Positions 17,294-27,195 are shown, counted from the stretch's first letter. The stretch is DNA of 64,000 bases from Acidimicrobiia bacterium (GCA_016932695.1 JAFGCH010000143.1:4768-68767), one strand, 5' to 3'. Made by a program: numbers and translations. The notes: a model not told the origin generated them from the letters alone.

Positions 17294-19396
17294 ATGCCGC
17301 GCCGGGAGACATCTCTGCTCACCGAAATCCTGCCCCCGGAGGAGCGCGCCATCGAGACGGTGGTGGCGCGCTACCAGAGGGTCGCGCCGGCGGTGACCCG
17401 CTTCGCCCGGTCGCTCTCCGGCGACGATCACCTCCGGCTGCGGCTGGGCTCGCAGGCTTCGGCAGCGCCCGGAGAGGTGGTGCTGGACCCGGGGGTGTTC
17501 CAGGCGGCCTACGCCCGGCAGGCCCCGGTAACCCCGGCCGAAGTCGCCCTGGCCTCGGCGCTGCACGAGGTGGTGCACCTGGTGGCCACCGGCTTCGACG
17601 AGCGCCGCCCCCTGCCGGCCGCCTGGTTCCCCGGCGCTGCCGAGCCTCTCCCCGAAGATCCCGTGCCCCTCCTCGACGCCCTGGCGCGTGCCGGGGGCGA
17701 GCCGGCCGAAGCCATGTTCCTGGCCGTCGAGGACGCCCGCCAGGAGGCGCGCGGCATGAACGCCTACCCGGGGGCCCGCTCCGTGCTGGCCGACCTCTAC
17801 ACCAGCGCCGTCCCCGCCGCCCTGGGCCGGGCCCGACCCATGGGGCAGTTCGCCCTGGCCTGTTTCCTCGCCGTCGGCGGCTACCAGACTCTCGAGGACC
17901 TCCAGGGACGCGCCCTGCCCAGAGTGTCCGCCGCCCTGGGTGATGCCGCCCGTGCCGTAGCGGCAGCCGCCGCCGCCCCCGGGCCCTGGGAGGCCGCCTC
18001 CGCCGCTCTCGAATTGCTGGCCGTGGCCCGCTACCACGGGCTGCTGACCGAGGCCTCTCCCACCGAACCCCCCGCCAGGCAGAAGGCCCGCCGGGCCGCC
18101 GAGACCGAGGAGATCAACTCGGGCGTGGACGCCGTGCGCCTCATCACTCCCGTTCTGAAGGATCCGGCCGGCTACGAGCAGACCCGGGGCGCCCCCGCCG
18201 CGGTGGAATCGACGAACGGACGCCCCGAGCGGGCCCAGCAGGGGGCCGACCCGGCCACGGACCAGATACTGCGCGTCAGCGAGGCTCCCCAGGTGCACCT
18301 CCCTACCGGCCAGGGGGGCCGGCTCCTCGTTGCTCCCTTGCCCGAGCGCTTCCGCCGCTTCGCCCTGCCCGGCCGGGAAGCGCTGGAAGCGGCCGCCCGG
18401 GACTGGGCGGTCGGGCAGCGGCACATCTCCGGCGAGCTCCTCCCTCTGTTCGCCGCCAACCAGCGACGGGGGCTGCGCTCCGGCTACGACGCCGGGGACC
18501 TCTCTCCCTATGCCGCCCTCTTCCTCGGTGCCGGCCTGTACCAGCGCATGTTCGAGCGCCGCGACCTCCCCACCCGCCGGGCGTACGCGGTGAGTCTCCT
18601 GGTGGACGGCTCCGCCAGCATGCTCCAGCCCCGCCCTCTCCCCGGCGACTACCGGGCCCCCTGGCCTATGGCGGCGGCCACCCTGGGGGCCTGGTCGCTG
18701 GCCCGGCTGTGCGACGAGCTTCAGGTCGAGTTCGAAGTGGCCCTCTTCAACCGAGCTTTCGCCGCCCGCCCCGACGACACCGAAGCCGCTTTCGTGGAGC
18801 GAGCCCACCTGACCAAGGGCGCCCTACGCCGCAGCCAGGGGAGCCACGCCGACCGCCTCACCCGCACCGTGAACCACTATCTGGTCAAGTCCTTCGACCA
18901 GCCCTGGCAGGCGGCCGAGGACCAACTCGCCGGCCTCTTCTGGACGGCCGCCCACCCTGCCGAGGCCGCGGTGGAGGCGCGCCGCAACCCGCACGAGACC
19001 CCCCCGGTGTCGATGTTCGAGAAGGCGGCCAACGTGGACGAGTTCAACGTCGTCCATGCCGTCCGCCGCCTCGCCCGGCGCAACACCCAGGTGCGCCTGT
19101 TGGTGACCCTGGCCGACGGCATGACCCGCGGGTCGGTGGAGGCCCTGGCCGCTGCGGTGGACGAGGCGGAAGCAGCCGGCACCGTGGTCCTCGGCATCGG
19201 TATCGGGGACGACACGGTGGCGGCGGCCTACTCGCGACACCGGGTGGTGGAACGGCCCGACGGGCTGGCCCGGGCCATGGTCGATGGGGTCCGGGCCGCC
19301 CTGCGCCGCAGCATCGCCCTGTCCGGAGGGGATACATGGTGGGTGCACGAAAGCCGCCTCTACGATGAGTCGCCGCCGAGGAGGACCCGTGGCTAG
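17294..19396 (+). CDS. vWA (MIDAS) domain protein with N-terminal HExxH region, CobT/NorD-like partner of a MoxR AAA+ ATPase
   Basis: LHEVVH and AVEDARQE in the N-terminus; LLVDGSASM (DxSxS) and TLADG in the C-terminus. Confidence 0.75.
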   Translation: MPRRETSLLTEILPPEERAIETVVARYQRVAPAVTRFARSLSGDDHLRLRLGSQASAAPGEVVLDPGVFQAAYARQAPVTPAEVALASALHEVVHLVATGFDERRPLPAAWFPGAAEPLPEDPVPLLDALARAGGEPAEAMFLAVEDARQEARGMNAYPGARSVLADLYTSAVPAALGRARPMGQFALACFLAVGGYQTLEDLQGRALPRVSAALGDAARAVAAAAAAPGPWEAASAALELLAVARYHGLLTEASPTEPPARQKARRAAETEEINSGVDAVRLITPVLKDPAGYEQTRGAPAAVESTNGRPERAQQGADPATDQILRVSEAPQVHLPTGQGGRLLVAPLPERFRRFALPGREALEAAARDWAVGQRHISGELLPLFAANQRRGLRSGYDAGDLSPYAALFLGAGLYQRMFERRDLPTRRAYAVSLLVDGSASMLQPRPLPGDYRAPWPMAAATLGAWSLARLCDELQVEFEVALFNRAFAARPDDTEAAFVERAHLTKGALRRSQGSHADRLTRTVNHYLVKSFDQPWQAAEDQLAGLFWTAAHPAEAAVEARRNPHETPPVSMFEKAANVDEFNVVHAVRRLARRNTQVRLLVTLADGMTRGSVEALAAAVDEAEAAGTVVLGIGIGDDTVAAAYSRHRVVERPDGLARAMVDGVRAALRRSIALSGGDTWWVHESRLYDESPPRRTRG

Positions 19397-20381
19397 AAGG
19401 ATCACTTTCGTCGACCCCACCGGGGAAGGATCCCCGGTGCACCTGGAAGCCGCCGACCTGCCGTCGGGCCTGCCCGACGGGCCCCAGCGCGCCGGCAAGA
19501 TCCCCCAACCCGACCCTTACTACGTCGACCTAGGGATGCTGTACAAGCTGGCCCGCCTGGAACAGGTGCGCCGTGAGCGGGTCAGCGACACCCCGCTCCA
19601 CGTGGCTTTGCGCGGCCACATGGGGACCGGCAAGGATCACGACCTCGAGCAGTTCGCCGCCCTGCTGGGCCTCCCCTACTACCGCATCCCCCTCACCGGC
19701 GAGGTGCGCGACATCACCCTGATCGGCTCGGTCAAGCTGTACGGCGACGGCAGGGGCGGCACGGAGAGCCGCTGGGAAGACGGCGACATCACCCGGGCCC
19801 TGCGCGGCCCGGCCCTGATCAACCTGTCGGAACTGAATGCCGCCGGAGCCGAGACTCTCTTCGCCCTCCACGGCCTGCTCGACCGCTATCAGACCCTCGA
19901 TCTGCCCACCGGGGAGGCGGTGCGCCTGCGACCCGACATCCGCCTCTTCGGCACACTCAACCCCACCGACCTGCGCGACTACGCCGGCACCCAAACGCTG
20001 AACAAGGCCTTTGCCGACCGCTGGGTGATTTGGGAGAAGCGGTTTCCCAGCGGCGAGCAGACCGAGGCGATGCTCACCCGCCGCTACCCCAAGATGAAGC
20101 CCGCCTTCGTGAGCACCATCGCCCGCCTCGCCGCCGAAGTGAACGAGTCCTTCGTGGCCCCAGACGCCCGCACCCGGGTGAGCACCCCGATGAGCCTACG
20201 CACCGTGCTCGACCGCATCCCGGCCGGGTTGTGGATGTATGCCGAGGCCGTCGATCCCCTGCGCCGTGCCTGGGAGGAGTTCGTCCTCCAGCACATCGAC
20301 CCTTACGACCTGGACCACTACGAGACGGTCTGGAACGCCATCGCCCGGCGCGGGCCCGCCGGCCCGCCCTTCGCCAAGTAG
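19389..20381 (+). CDS. MoxR/CbbQ-NirQ-NorQ-like AAA+ ATPase with atypical Walker motifs
   Basis: GHMGTGKD, LINLSELN, GTLNP, YAGTQTLNKAFADRW, SLR; overlaps the vWA gene stop. Confidence 0.85.
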   Translation: MARRITFVDPTGEGSPVHLEAADLPSGLPDGPQRAGKIPQPDPYYVDLGMLYKLARLEQVRRERVSDTPLHVALRGHMGTGKDHDLEQFAALLGLPYYRIPLTGEVRDITLIGSVKLYGDGRGGTESRWEDGDITRALRGPALINLSELNAAGAETLFALHGLLDRYQTLDLPTGEAVRLRPDIRLFGTLNPTDLRDYAGTQTLNKAFADRWVIWEKRFPSGEQTEAMLTRRYPKMKPAFVSTIARLAAEVNESFVAPDARTRVSTPMSLRTVLDRIPAGLWMYAEAVDPLRRAWEEFVLQHIDPYDLDHYETVWNAIARRGPAGPPFAK

Positions 20382-20416
20382 GTCGCTCCCCGGGCGGGCC
20401 GGGATGCTCCGACCTC

Positions 20417-21145
20417 TCAGATACCCGATCCGTCGGAGTGGGCCTCGTCGGCCGGGGGACAAGGCGTCTTGGACCCGTTGATGCGCCCCTCTAGTTCCGC
20501 CACCCGGTCGATGAGGACCTCCAAGACGGCCACGGCGTGATCCCCCTTGCTCTCTGCCAGATCCATGGCGGGGTGCGGCGCCGTCGCCCGGTCGATGACG
20601 CGGCCGGCCAGGCCGACCACCGTGGCCCCGGCGGGCACGTCCCGCACCACCACCGCCCCCGCTCCGACGCGAGCCTTCTCCCCCACGGTCAACGCCCCCA
20701 GGATGATGGCCCCGGCCCCGACGATCACCCCGTCCATGAGGGTGGGATGGCGCTTGACCCGCTGCAGGCTGGTCCCGCCCAGGGTGACCCCCTGATAGAG
20801 GGTGACGTCGTCCCCGATTTCCGCCGTCTCGCCGATGACCGTGCCCATGCCGTGGTCGATGAACAGCCGCCGGCCGATGATCGCCCCGGGATGGATCTCG
20901 ATGCCGGTCAGGGCCCGGCCCAGATGGCTCAGCGCCCGGGCGAGGAAGCGCTGCTTGGCCTGCCACAGCCGGTGCGCCAGGCGGTGGAAGAGCAGGGCAT
21001 GCAAGCCCGGGTAGAAGAAGAGCACTTCCAGGGTGGAACGGGCCGCGGGGTCGCGCTGTTTGACCGTCCGCACATCTTCCGCCAGGCGGCGCAGCGGATG
21101 CGGCCGATCGGGGGCCTTCAGTTCGGGGATGAGCCGGGCGGTCAC
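20417..21145 (-). CDS. cysE: Serine O-acetyltransferase
   Basis: [25 protein letters not shown], hexapeptide repeats. Confidence 0.95.
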   Translation of the reverse strand: MTARLIPELKAPDRPHPLRRLAEDVRTVKQRDPAARSTLEVLFFYPGLHALLFHRLAHRLWQAKQRFLARALSHLGRALTGIEIHPGAIIGRRLFIDHGMGTVIGETAEIGDDVTLYQGVTLGGTSLQRVKRHPTLMDGVIVGAGAIILGALTVGEKARVGAGAVVVRDVPAGATVVGLAGRVIDRATAPHPAMDLAESKGDHAVAVLEVLIDRVAELEGRINGSKTPCPPADEAHSDGSGI

Positions 21146-22086
21146 GGCGTCGCCTCCGTGGGATCCTCGACCAGGGCGGTGGACAGGTAGCGCTCCCCGG
21201 GGGAGGGCAGGATCACTACCAGCAGCCTGCCGGCGTTCTCCGGCCGGGCGGCCACCCGCAGGGCGGCGTGTACCGCGGCTCCGGAGGAGATCCCGGCGGC
21301 CACGCCCTCGGTGCGAGCCAGCAGCCGGGCGGTGGCGAACGCCTCCTCATCGGTCACCGTCACCACCTCGTCGATGACCGACCGGTCGAGCACCTCGGGC
21401 ACGAAGCCGGCCCCGATGCCCTGGATCTTGTGCGGCCCCTTGGCTCCGCCCGACAGGACCGGGGACCCCGCCGGTTCCACGGCAACCATCTGCACCGCGG
21501 GCCGGCGGGACTTCAGCACCTGGCCCACCCCGGTGATCGTGCCTCCCGTGCCCACCCCGGCCACCACGATATCCACCAGGCCGTCGGTGTCCGCCCAGAT
21601 CTCCTCGGCCGTGGTGCGCCGGTGCACCTCGGGATTGGCCGGGTTGCGAAACTGCTGCAGCATTAGAGAGCCGGGGGTCTCCGACACGATCTGCTCGGCC
21701 CGGGCGATGGCCCCGGCCATGCCCTCCGGCCCGGGGGTGAGCACCAGTTCCGCCCCGAGCAGGCGCAGCAGGCGGCGCCGCTCGACGCTGGCCGTCTCCG
21801 GCATGGTGAGGATCAGGCGATAGCCCTTGGCCGCGGCCACGAACGCCAGGGCGATGCCGGTATTACCGCTGGTCGCCTCTACCAGGGTGGCCCCGGGATC
21901 GAGGCGCCCCTCCGCCTCGGCCGCCTCGACCATGGCCCGGCCGATGCGATCCTTCACGCTGGACAGCGGGTTGAAGAACTCCACCTTGGCCACGACCCGG
22001 GCGCCCCCCGGCGGCACCAGGCGGGCCAGTGCCACCAGGGGGGTGTCCCCCACCGTCTGGGTTATGTCCTGGTAGATCCGTGCCAT
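21142..22086 (-). CDS. cysK: Cysteine synthase A
   Basis: [11 protein letters not shown] (PLP Lys), TSGNTG, GTGGT, HKIQGIG. Confidence 0.96.
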   Translation of the reverse strand: MARIYQDITQTVGDTPLVALARLVPPGGARVVAKVEFFNPLSSVKDRIGRAMVEAAEAEGRLDPGATLVEATSGNTGIALAFVAAAKGYRLILTMPETASVERRRLLRLLGAELVLTPGPEGMAGAIARAEQIVSETPGSLMLQQFRNPANPEVHRRTTAEEIWADTDGLVDIVVAGVGTGGTITGVGQVLKSRRPAVQMVAVEPAGSPVLSGGAKGPHKIQGIGAGFVPEVLDRSVIDEVVTVTDEEAFATARLLARTEGVAAGISSGAAVHAALRVAARPENAGRLLVVILPSPGERYLSTALVEDPTEATP

Positions 22087-22101
22087 ACGCCTTCCTTCAA
22101 T

Positions 22102-22132
22102 GAAAGAGGCCCGGGTCGGGGACCACGGGCCT
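22102..22132 (-). terminator. Attenuator-type hairpin just upstream of the cysK RBS
   Basis: Minus strand AGGCCCG-U-GGUC-CCC-GACC-CGGGCCU followed by CUUUC (weak U-tract). Confidence 0.55.
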
Positions 22133-22154
22133 TGCTTCGGCGAGACTGCTGCGT

Positions 22155-22229
22155 CTAGTTGGTTGGCGCGCGCCTGCCGCAGTAAGCCCCGGAGGGGCGA
22201 CAACAGCGGCAGGGGAACGATCTGGTCAT
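22155..22229 (-). CDS. Cys-rich leader peptide of cysK-cysE ([24 protein letters not shown])
   Basis: Hand-translated 24-aa ORF with 4 Cys codons (C7, C9, C10, C17); TAGCGT -10 at 22245-22240; terminator-like hairpin downstream. Confidence 0.75.
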   Translation of the reverse strand: MTRSFPCRCCRPSGAYCGRRAPTN

Positions 22230-22292
22230 CTCGACGCGCACGCTAGTACGACGCTCCGTCCTATCCGGCCGGTTTCTCAGCATGGGCCCTGC

Positions 22293-22952
22293 TCAACCGG
22301 CGGCGGCCAGCTCGACGGCTTCCACGAGAGAGGAGGCCACCGGCGCCCCGGTTCCGGCGAGCACCGCCCGGGGCTGCGACCCGCCGTCGTACAGCACGCA
22401 GCCCGCCCCCACCGCCCGGGCGGCATCGGCATCGTCGGTGACGTCCCCGATGACCGTGACCGCCTCCCGCCGCACCCTCCCCGGGAACAAGCGAGCCAGC
22501 TGCTCGATGTGGCGCGCCAGGTGCTCGTGCTTCGAGGCCCCCGGCGCCCCGCGATGGCCGTCCACCGCCAGCATGTAGTCCTCGAGTTCGAAGTAGCGCA
22601 CCGCCGGCACCAGCCGGTCGTGCCACCACATGGACAGCACCGACTGGGTCTGCCCCCGGCTCTCCACCAGGTCCACAGCACGACGGGCATCAACCGTGAG
22701 CCGCGCCTGGTCGAGCAGCGCGTGGTAGGCATCGTGGAAGTCGCGGTCGATGGCCGCCATCTCGTCGGGCAGCACCGGACGACCCAGCAAAGCCTCGTAG
22801 AAGCGGTGCAGCGGACGCTGGTAGACGGCGCGGTAGCCGTCGGCATCGATGGGAGGCGCCCCCACCGAGCGCAGCGAGACGTTGACCGAAGCGACCACGA
22901 TCTCGAGGTCGTCGAACAGCGTCCCGTTCCAATCCCACACCACGTGCCGCAT
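22293..22952 (-). CDS. HAD-superfamily hydrolase (phosphoglycolate phosphatase-like)
   Basis: WDWNGTL, VLSM, IGDVTDD. Confidence 0.88.
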   Translation of the reverse strand: MRHVVWDWNGTLFDDLEIVVASVNVSLRSVGAPPIDADGYRAVYQRPLHRFYEALLGRPVLPDEMAAIDRDFHDAYHALLDQARLTVDARRAVDLVESRGQTQSVLSMWWHDRLVPAVRYFELEDYMLAVDGHRGAPGASKHEHLARHIEQLARLFPGRVRREAVTVIGDVTDDADAARAVGAGCVLYDGGSQPRAVLAGTGAPVASSLVEAVELAAAG

Positions 22953-22996
22953 CGGCGGGGACTCTAGGACTACCGTCGGGCCTCGCAGGAAGCCCC

Positions 22997-24040
22997 ATGC
23001 CCCACTACGACATCGGCGACCCCGCCCTCGACCGCCAGATCCACCGCCTGGTGGCCGCTGCCGCCCCCGGCGGCGGGGGATTGCCGCCCGACGCCCACCT
23101 GGCCGAGGAGATGATCGTCACCGCCCTTCGCCTCCTGCGCGACCGGGCCGACCGGGCCGACCTGCGCCTCATCAATGCCGCCATGAAGGAGATGCGCTAC
23201 GCCTTCCTGGTGTTCTCCCGCTACCGGGAGGTGCGCAAGGCGGCGGTGTTCGGGTCGGCCCGCACCCCGGCTACCGATCCCAACTACGCCCTGGCCGAGA
23301 CCCTGGCCGCTCACCTCGCCTGGGAGCGGGGATGGATGATCCTCACCGGCGCCGGCCCCGGGATCATGGAGGCGGCCAACAAGGGAGCCGGCGAGCGCTC
23401 CTTCGGCATCAACATCCGCCTGCCTTTCGAAGATGAGCCCAACCCCTACGTCCCCGCCGAGCGGCTCATCAACTTCAAGTACTTCTTCCCTCGGAAGCTG
23501 ACTTTCGTGAAAGAGGCGCACGCCTTCGTACTCTTCCCCGGGGGCTTCGGGACGTTGGACGAGACCCTCGAGACCCTCACCCTGATGCAGACGGGCAAGA
23601 GCGATCTGCACCCGGTCGTCCTCATGGAGGCGCCCGGCACCGGCTACTGGCAGGAGTGGCTCGACTTCGTGCGGAGCACCCTGGTGCCTCAGGGCATGAT
23701 CGCCGATGACGACCTGACCCTGGTGCGCCTCACCCACGAAGTGCCGGTGGCCGCCGAGGAGATCACCCGCTTCTACGCCAACTACCACTCGCAGCGCTAC
23801 GTGGACGGCCATCTGGTGCTCCGCCTGCAGCACGCCCCCACCCCGGAACAGGTGGACCTGCTCAACGAACTGTTCGCCGACATCGTGGTGAGCGGGGCCA
23901 TCGAGGCCATCGGGCCGACGCCCGCCGAGGCGGAGGACGGCGACCACCCCAACCTGCCTCGCCTCCGCCTGCACTTCGACCGCCGCAGCCTGGGCCGACT
24001 GCGCGCCATGATCGACCACCTGAACTCGCTGGCACCCTGA
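22997..24040 (+). CDS. LOG family nucleotide phosphoribohydrolase (TIGR00730-like, long form)
   Basis: VFGSARTP, TGAGPGIMEAAN, PGGFGTLDE. Confidence 0.88.
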   Translation: MPHYDIGDPALDRQIHRLVAAAAPGGGGLPPDAHLAEEMIVTALRLLRDRADRADLRLINAAMKEMRYAFLVFSRYREVRKAAVFGSARTPATDPNYALAETLAAHLAWERGWMILTGAGPGIMEAANKGAGERSFGINIRLPFEDEPNPYVPAERLINFKYFFPRKLTFVKEAHAFVLFPGGFGTLDETLETLTLMQTGKSDLHPVVLMEAPGTGYWQEWLDFVRSTLVPQGMIADDDLTLVRLTHEVPVAAEEITRFYANYHSQRYVDGHLVLRLQHAPTPEQVDLLNELFADIVVSGAIEAIGPTPAEAEDGDHPNLPRLRLHFDRRSLGRLRAMIDHLNSLAP

Positions 24041-24054
24041 CCAGGGGCCTTTTT
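24031..24054 (+). terminator. Intrinsic terminator after the LOG gene
   Basis: GGC-A-CCCT GACC AGGG-GCC hairpin followed by TTTTT. Confidence 0.5.
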
Positions 24055-24073
24055 CGCGAGTAGCCTTGCGCCC

Positions 24074-24814
24074 ATGCGCGAGATCCTCGCCGACCTCGTC
24101 GCCGAGCAGCAGGCCCTCGACCAGATGCTGCAGCGCGCTCCCGAGCGCGACTGGAAGCGGCGTACCCCCGCCCCGGGGTGGTCGGTGCAAGACAGCATCA
24201 GCCACCTCGCCGCCTCCGAGGAGCAGGCGTTGCGAGCGCTGACCGGTGACACCGGGCTCGAGGCCGAGGTCGCCGCCGCCGGCGGCATCGACGCCTACAA
24301 CCAGGCCGGAGTGGAAGCAGGCCGCAGCAAGCGGCCGCAGGAGGTTATCGAGTGGTGGCGCCACAGCCGGGCGGCGGTGGTCGAAGTCCTCTCGCGCACC
24401 CCCCACCAAGCCCGGGTCGCCTGGTACGCCGGACCGATGTCGGCCCGCACCTTCGCCACCACCCGCCTCATGGAGACCTGGGCCCACGGCCTGGACATCG
24501 TGGCGGCGCTCAACCGCGAAGCGGCCGACACCGCCCGGTTGCGCCACGTCGCCTGGCTGGGATGGAAGACTCTCCCCTACGCCTTTGCCCGCGCCGGGGA
24601 GGCCTACCCGGCCCCCATCCGGGTGGAGCTCGTGGGGCCCGGCTATGCCCGTTGGGTCTTCGGCCCGGCGGAGGCGGACCAGGTGGTACGCGGCCAGGCC
24701 GCCGATTGGTGCCGCCTGGTAGTGGGCCGCCTGCCCGGGTCCCGCAGCAACAACCTCATCGCCGTAGGAGAGGTGGCCGCCACCGCCCTCCGTGTCGCCC
24801 GAGCGCACCTGTGA
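24074..24814 (+). CDS. MDMPI/DinB-family metal-binding protein (TIGR03084-like)
   Basis: TPAPGWSVQDSISHLA, TRLMETWAHGLDI. Confidence 0.85.
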   Translation: MREILADLVAEQQALDQMLQRAPERDWKRRTPAPGWSVQDSISHLAASEEQALRALTGDTGLEAEVAAAGGIDAYNQAGVEAGRSKRPQEVIEWWRHSRAAVVEVLSRTPHQARVAWYAGPMSARTFATTRLMETWAHGLDIVAALNREAADTARLRHVAWLGWKTLPYAFARAGEAYPAPIRVELVGPGYARWVFGPAEADQVVRGQAADWCRLVVGRLPGSRSNNLIAVGEVAATALRVARAHL

Positions 24815-25581
24815 TCGGCCCCCTCGTCGGCATGGTGCATCTGGGGGCCCTGCCCGGGGCTTCCCACTTCGGCGGCGACTTCGAAGCCGTGCTGGCCGCC
24901 GCCGTGGCCGATGCCCGGGCCCTGGCCGCCGCCGGCTTCGACGCCTTCCTGGTGGAGAACTTCGGCGATGCCCCTTTCTTCCCCGACGACGTCCCCAAGG
25001 TGACCGTGGCCGCCCTCACCCGGGCGGTGACGGAGGTGCGCCGGGCGGTGCCCCTGCCCGTGGGGGTGAACGTGCTGCGCAACGACGCCCTGGCGGCGGT
25101 AGCCGTGGCCGCGGCCACCGGTGCCGCCTTCATTCGCGTCAACGTGCTGTCGGGGTCGATGACCACCGACCAGGGGGTCATCTTCGGGAAGGCCGCCGAG
25201 GTGGCCCGCCTGCGCCGCTCCCTGGGCACCTCGGTTCTCGTCCTGGCCGACGTCTTCGTCAAGCACGCCGTGCCGCCTGAGGGCCTGACCCTGGAACGGG
25301 CGGCGGCCGACACCTGGGAGCGCGCCGGGGCCGACGGGTTGATCGTCACCGGCCCCGGCACCGGCCACCCGGCATCGCTGGACGCCCTCGCCCGGGTCAA
25401 AGCGGCCGCTCCCGGGGCCCCCCTCTACGTGGGGTCGGGAGTCACCCCGGAGACGGCGGCCGACGTCCTGGCCCTGGCCGATGGAGTGATCGTGGGCACC
25501 TCGGTCAAGAGAGACGGGGTGACCACCGCCCCGGTGGACCCAGATCGGGCCCGGGCCCTGGTCGCCGCCGCCCGCGGCTGA
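24811..25581 (+). CDS. BtpA/SgcQ family TIM-barrel protein
   Basis: GMVHLGALPG, VENFGDAPF, GVNVLRND, ADVFVKHA, GVIVGT. Confidence 0.9.
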   Translation: MIGPLVGMVHLGALPGASHFGGDFEAVLAAAVADARALAAAGFDAFLVENFGDAPFFPDDVPKVTVAALTRAVTEVRRAVPLPVGVNVLRNDALAAVAVAAATGAAFIRVNVLSGSMTTDQGVIFGKAAEVARLRRSLGTSVLVLADVFVKHAVPPEGLTLERAAADTWERAGADGLIVTGPGTGHPASLDALARVKAAAPGAPLYVGSGVTPETAADVLALADGVIVGTSVKRDGVTTAPVDPDRARALVAAARG

Positions 25582-25602
25582 TCCCGCCCCCCCGGCTCAC
25601 CT

Positions 25603-26667
25603 TCAGGAGGACGGCCCGGGAAGTGGCAGCACCTCGATCCAGGCGGCTGCCGCTTCCGGCTGAGGCTGGAGCGGGTCCAGCAGGCCGATCCGAGCCCCAT
25701 CGGCGGAGTAGGCCGCCAGCGTGCCTCCCTCAGCGAGAACCAGGAAGCCGCCCGCGGGAGCCCAGGCCACCCCGAAGCGCAGTGCGGCCACCGGGGGGTC
25801 GAGATCGGACTGCCAAAGCCGCCCCCCTGCTTCGCCGTAAACGGTGAGCCGCGGTGGGTCGGCGGTGACCACAGCGAGGCGGCGCCCGTCCGCGTCCCAG
25901 TCGGCTGCAGCCGAGAGTGGCCCGGCGAGAGGATGCAGGGTGGCCGCCCCCAAGTCGGCCACCACCGCCACGCCGTAGGCCCATCCGGCCACCCTTCCCG
26001 GCCCTCCCGCCGCCGGGCGGAAGCCGGCGGGCAGTGCTGCCGGCCTGGGCTCGGCTCCGGGAGCGAGCCACCACCAGGCCTCCCCCGCTCCGGTCAGCTC
26101 TCTCGCCAGCAATCCCTCTCCCACCGGCACCAGCGCCCCCCAGACGCCCTCGGATCGAGCCAGGTCGCCCGCCTCGTCGCCGAGCAGGCGGACCCCGTTG
26201 CCGCCGCCGGGCAGAGGGGCCATGGCCGCGACCGCGCTCTCCCATTGCGGGGCGTAGGCAATCCAGTCGCCCGGGCCCACGTCGACATAGGCCGTCCCCT
26301 CCCAGGGCAGGGCTCGCCAGCAATCCCAGTTCGGTTCCCCGGGACGAGCGCTGAGGCGGCCCAGGTAGGCATGGGTCGGGGACACCGCCGCCGGCCGGCG
26401 ATCGTTGGGGACTCCCTTGCAGCCGAGGCGGACGCCGTCACGCAGGTCGACCAGGTAGAGCATGCGGTCGGCTCCCAGGTAGGCCAGGGCGCCGTCGAGA
26501 GCCGGGCCGAAGGGGCCCTCCCATAGTGTGGTGGTGCCCGGGGCCTGCTCCCCCTGCGGCAGGAACACCCACAGCAGGGCGAAGAGGCCGGCCGCCAGAG
26601 TCAGCGCGGCCGTAGGCGGGATCCAGCGCGGCGGGCCGCCTCTCAGCCTCTCATCCTGGGGAGCCAC
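25603..26667 (-). CDS. Hypothetical single-TM protein with beta-propeller-like (WD40/TolB-like) extracellular region
   Basis: One TM segment then WDADG and WAPAGG repeats; start uncertain. Confidence 0.55.
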   Translation of the reverse strand: MAPQDERLRGGPPRWIPPTAALTLAAGLFALLWVFLPQGEQAPGTTTLWEGPFGPALDGALAYLGADRMLYLVDLRDGVRLGCKGVPNDRRPAAVSPTHAYLGRLSARPGEPNWDCWRALPWEGTAYVDVGPGDWIAYAPQWESAVAAMAPLPGGGNGVRLLGDEAGDLARSEGVWGALVPVGEGLLARELTGAGEAWWWLAPGAEPRPAALPAGFRPAAGGPGRVAGWAYGVAVVADLGAATLHPLAGPLSAAADWDADGRRLAVVTADPPRLTVYGEAGGRLWQSDLDPPVAALRFGVAWAPAGGFLVLAEGGTLAAYSADGARIGLLDPLQPQPEAAAAWIEVLPLPGPSS

Positions 26668-27131
26668 GGCCAGACCGCCGATCGGTAGTCCCGGAAATCG
26701 TCGCCGAAGGCATCGAGCAGACGGCGGTCCTCCAGAGGCTCCAGGCCTACCACCAGCCACACCGCCGCCACCAGAGGGATCATCCATATCAGCCGGGGCG
26801 CCAGCGCGACCGCAGGGGCCAGCGCCACCAGCACCGTGCCGATGTGCTGCGGGTTGCGCACCAGGCGATACCAGCCGTCGGTGACCAGGACCGGCCCGGG
26901 CCGGACCCCCAGCAGCCGCCCCCCGGCCCGCGACAGCTGCCGCCCCGCGCCGTAGACCAGGGCACTACCGGCCAGCAGCACCAGGCCGGCCAGGACGAGC
27001 AGCGGCACCGGGCGCCAGGCCACACGGAAGACGCCGTCGTCGTCCACCAGCAGAGCCGCAGGCAACGCTCCGGCCCACAGGCCGACGGTGAAGAAGGTGA
27101 AGCCGCCGGCGAGGATGTCGGCCCGCTGCAT
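26643..27131 (-). CDS. Isoprenylcysteine carboxylmethyltransferase / PEMT-family membrane methyltransferase
   Basis: LVTDGWYRLVRNPQHIG, EDRRLLDAFGDDFRDYR...WLPR. Confidence 0.8.
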   Translation of the reverse strand: MQRADILAGGFTFFTVGLWAGALPAALLVDDDGVFRVAWRPVPLLVLAGLVLLAGSALVYGAGRQLSRAGGRLLGVRPGPVLVTDGWYRLVRNPQHIGTVLVALAPAVALAPRLIWMIPLVAAVWLVVGLEPLEDRRLLDAFGDDFRDYRSAVWPWLPRMRG

Positions 27132-27195
27132 AGCGCCATGATGACACGCCGGCCGCCCCCGGTCGATGCGACCGCACCTCGGTACTCTGCCCCCG

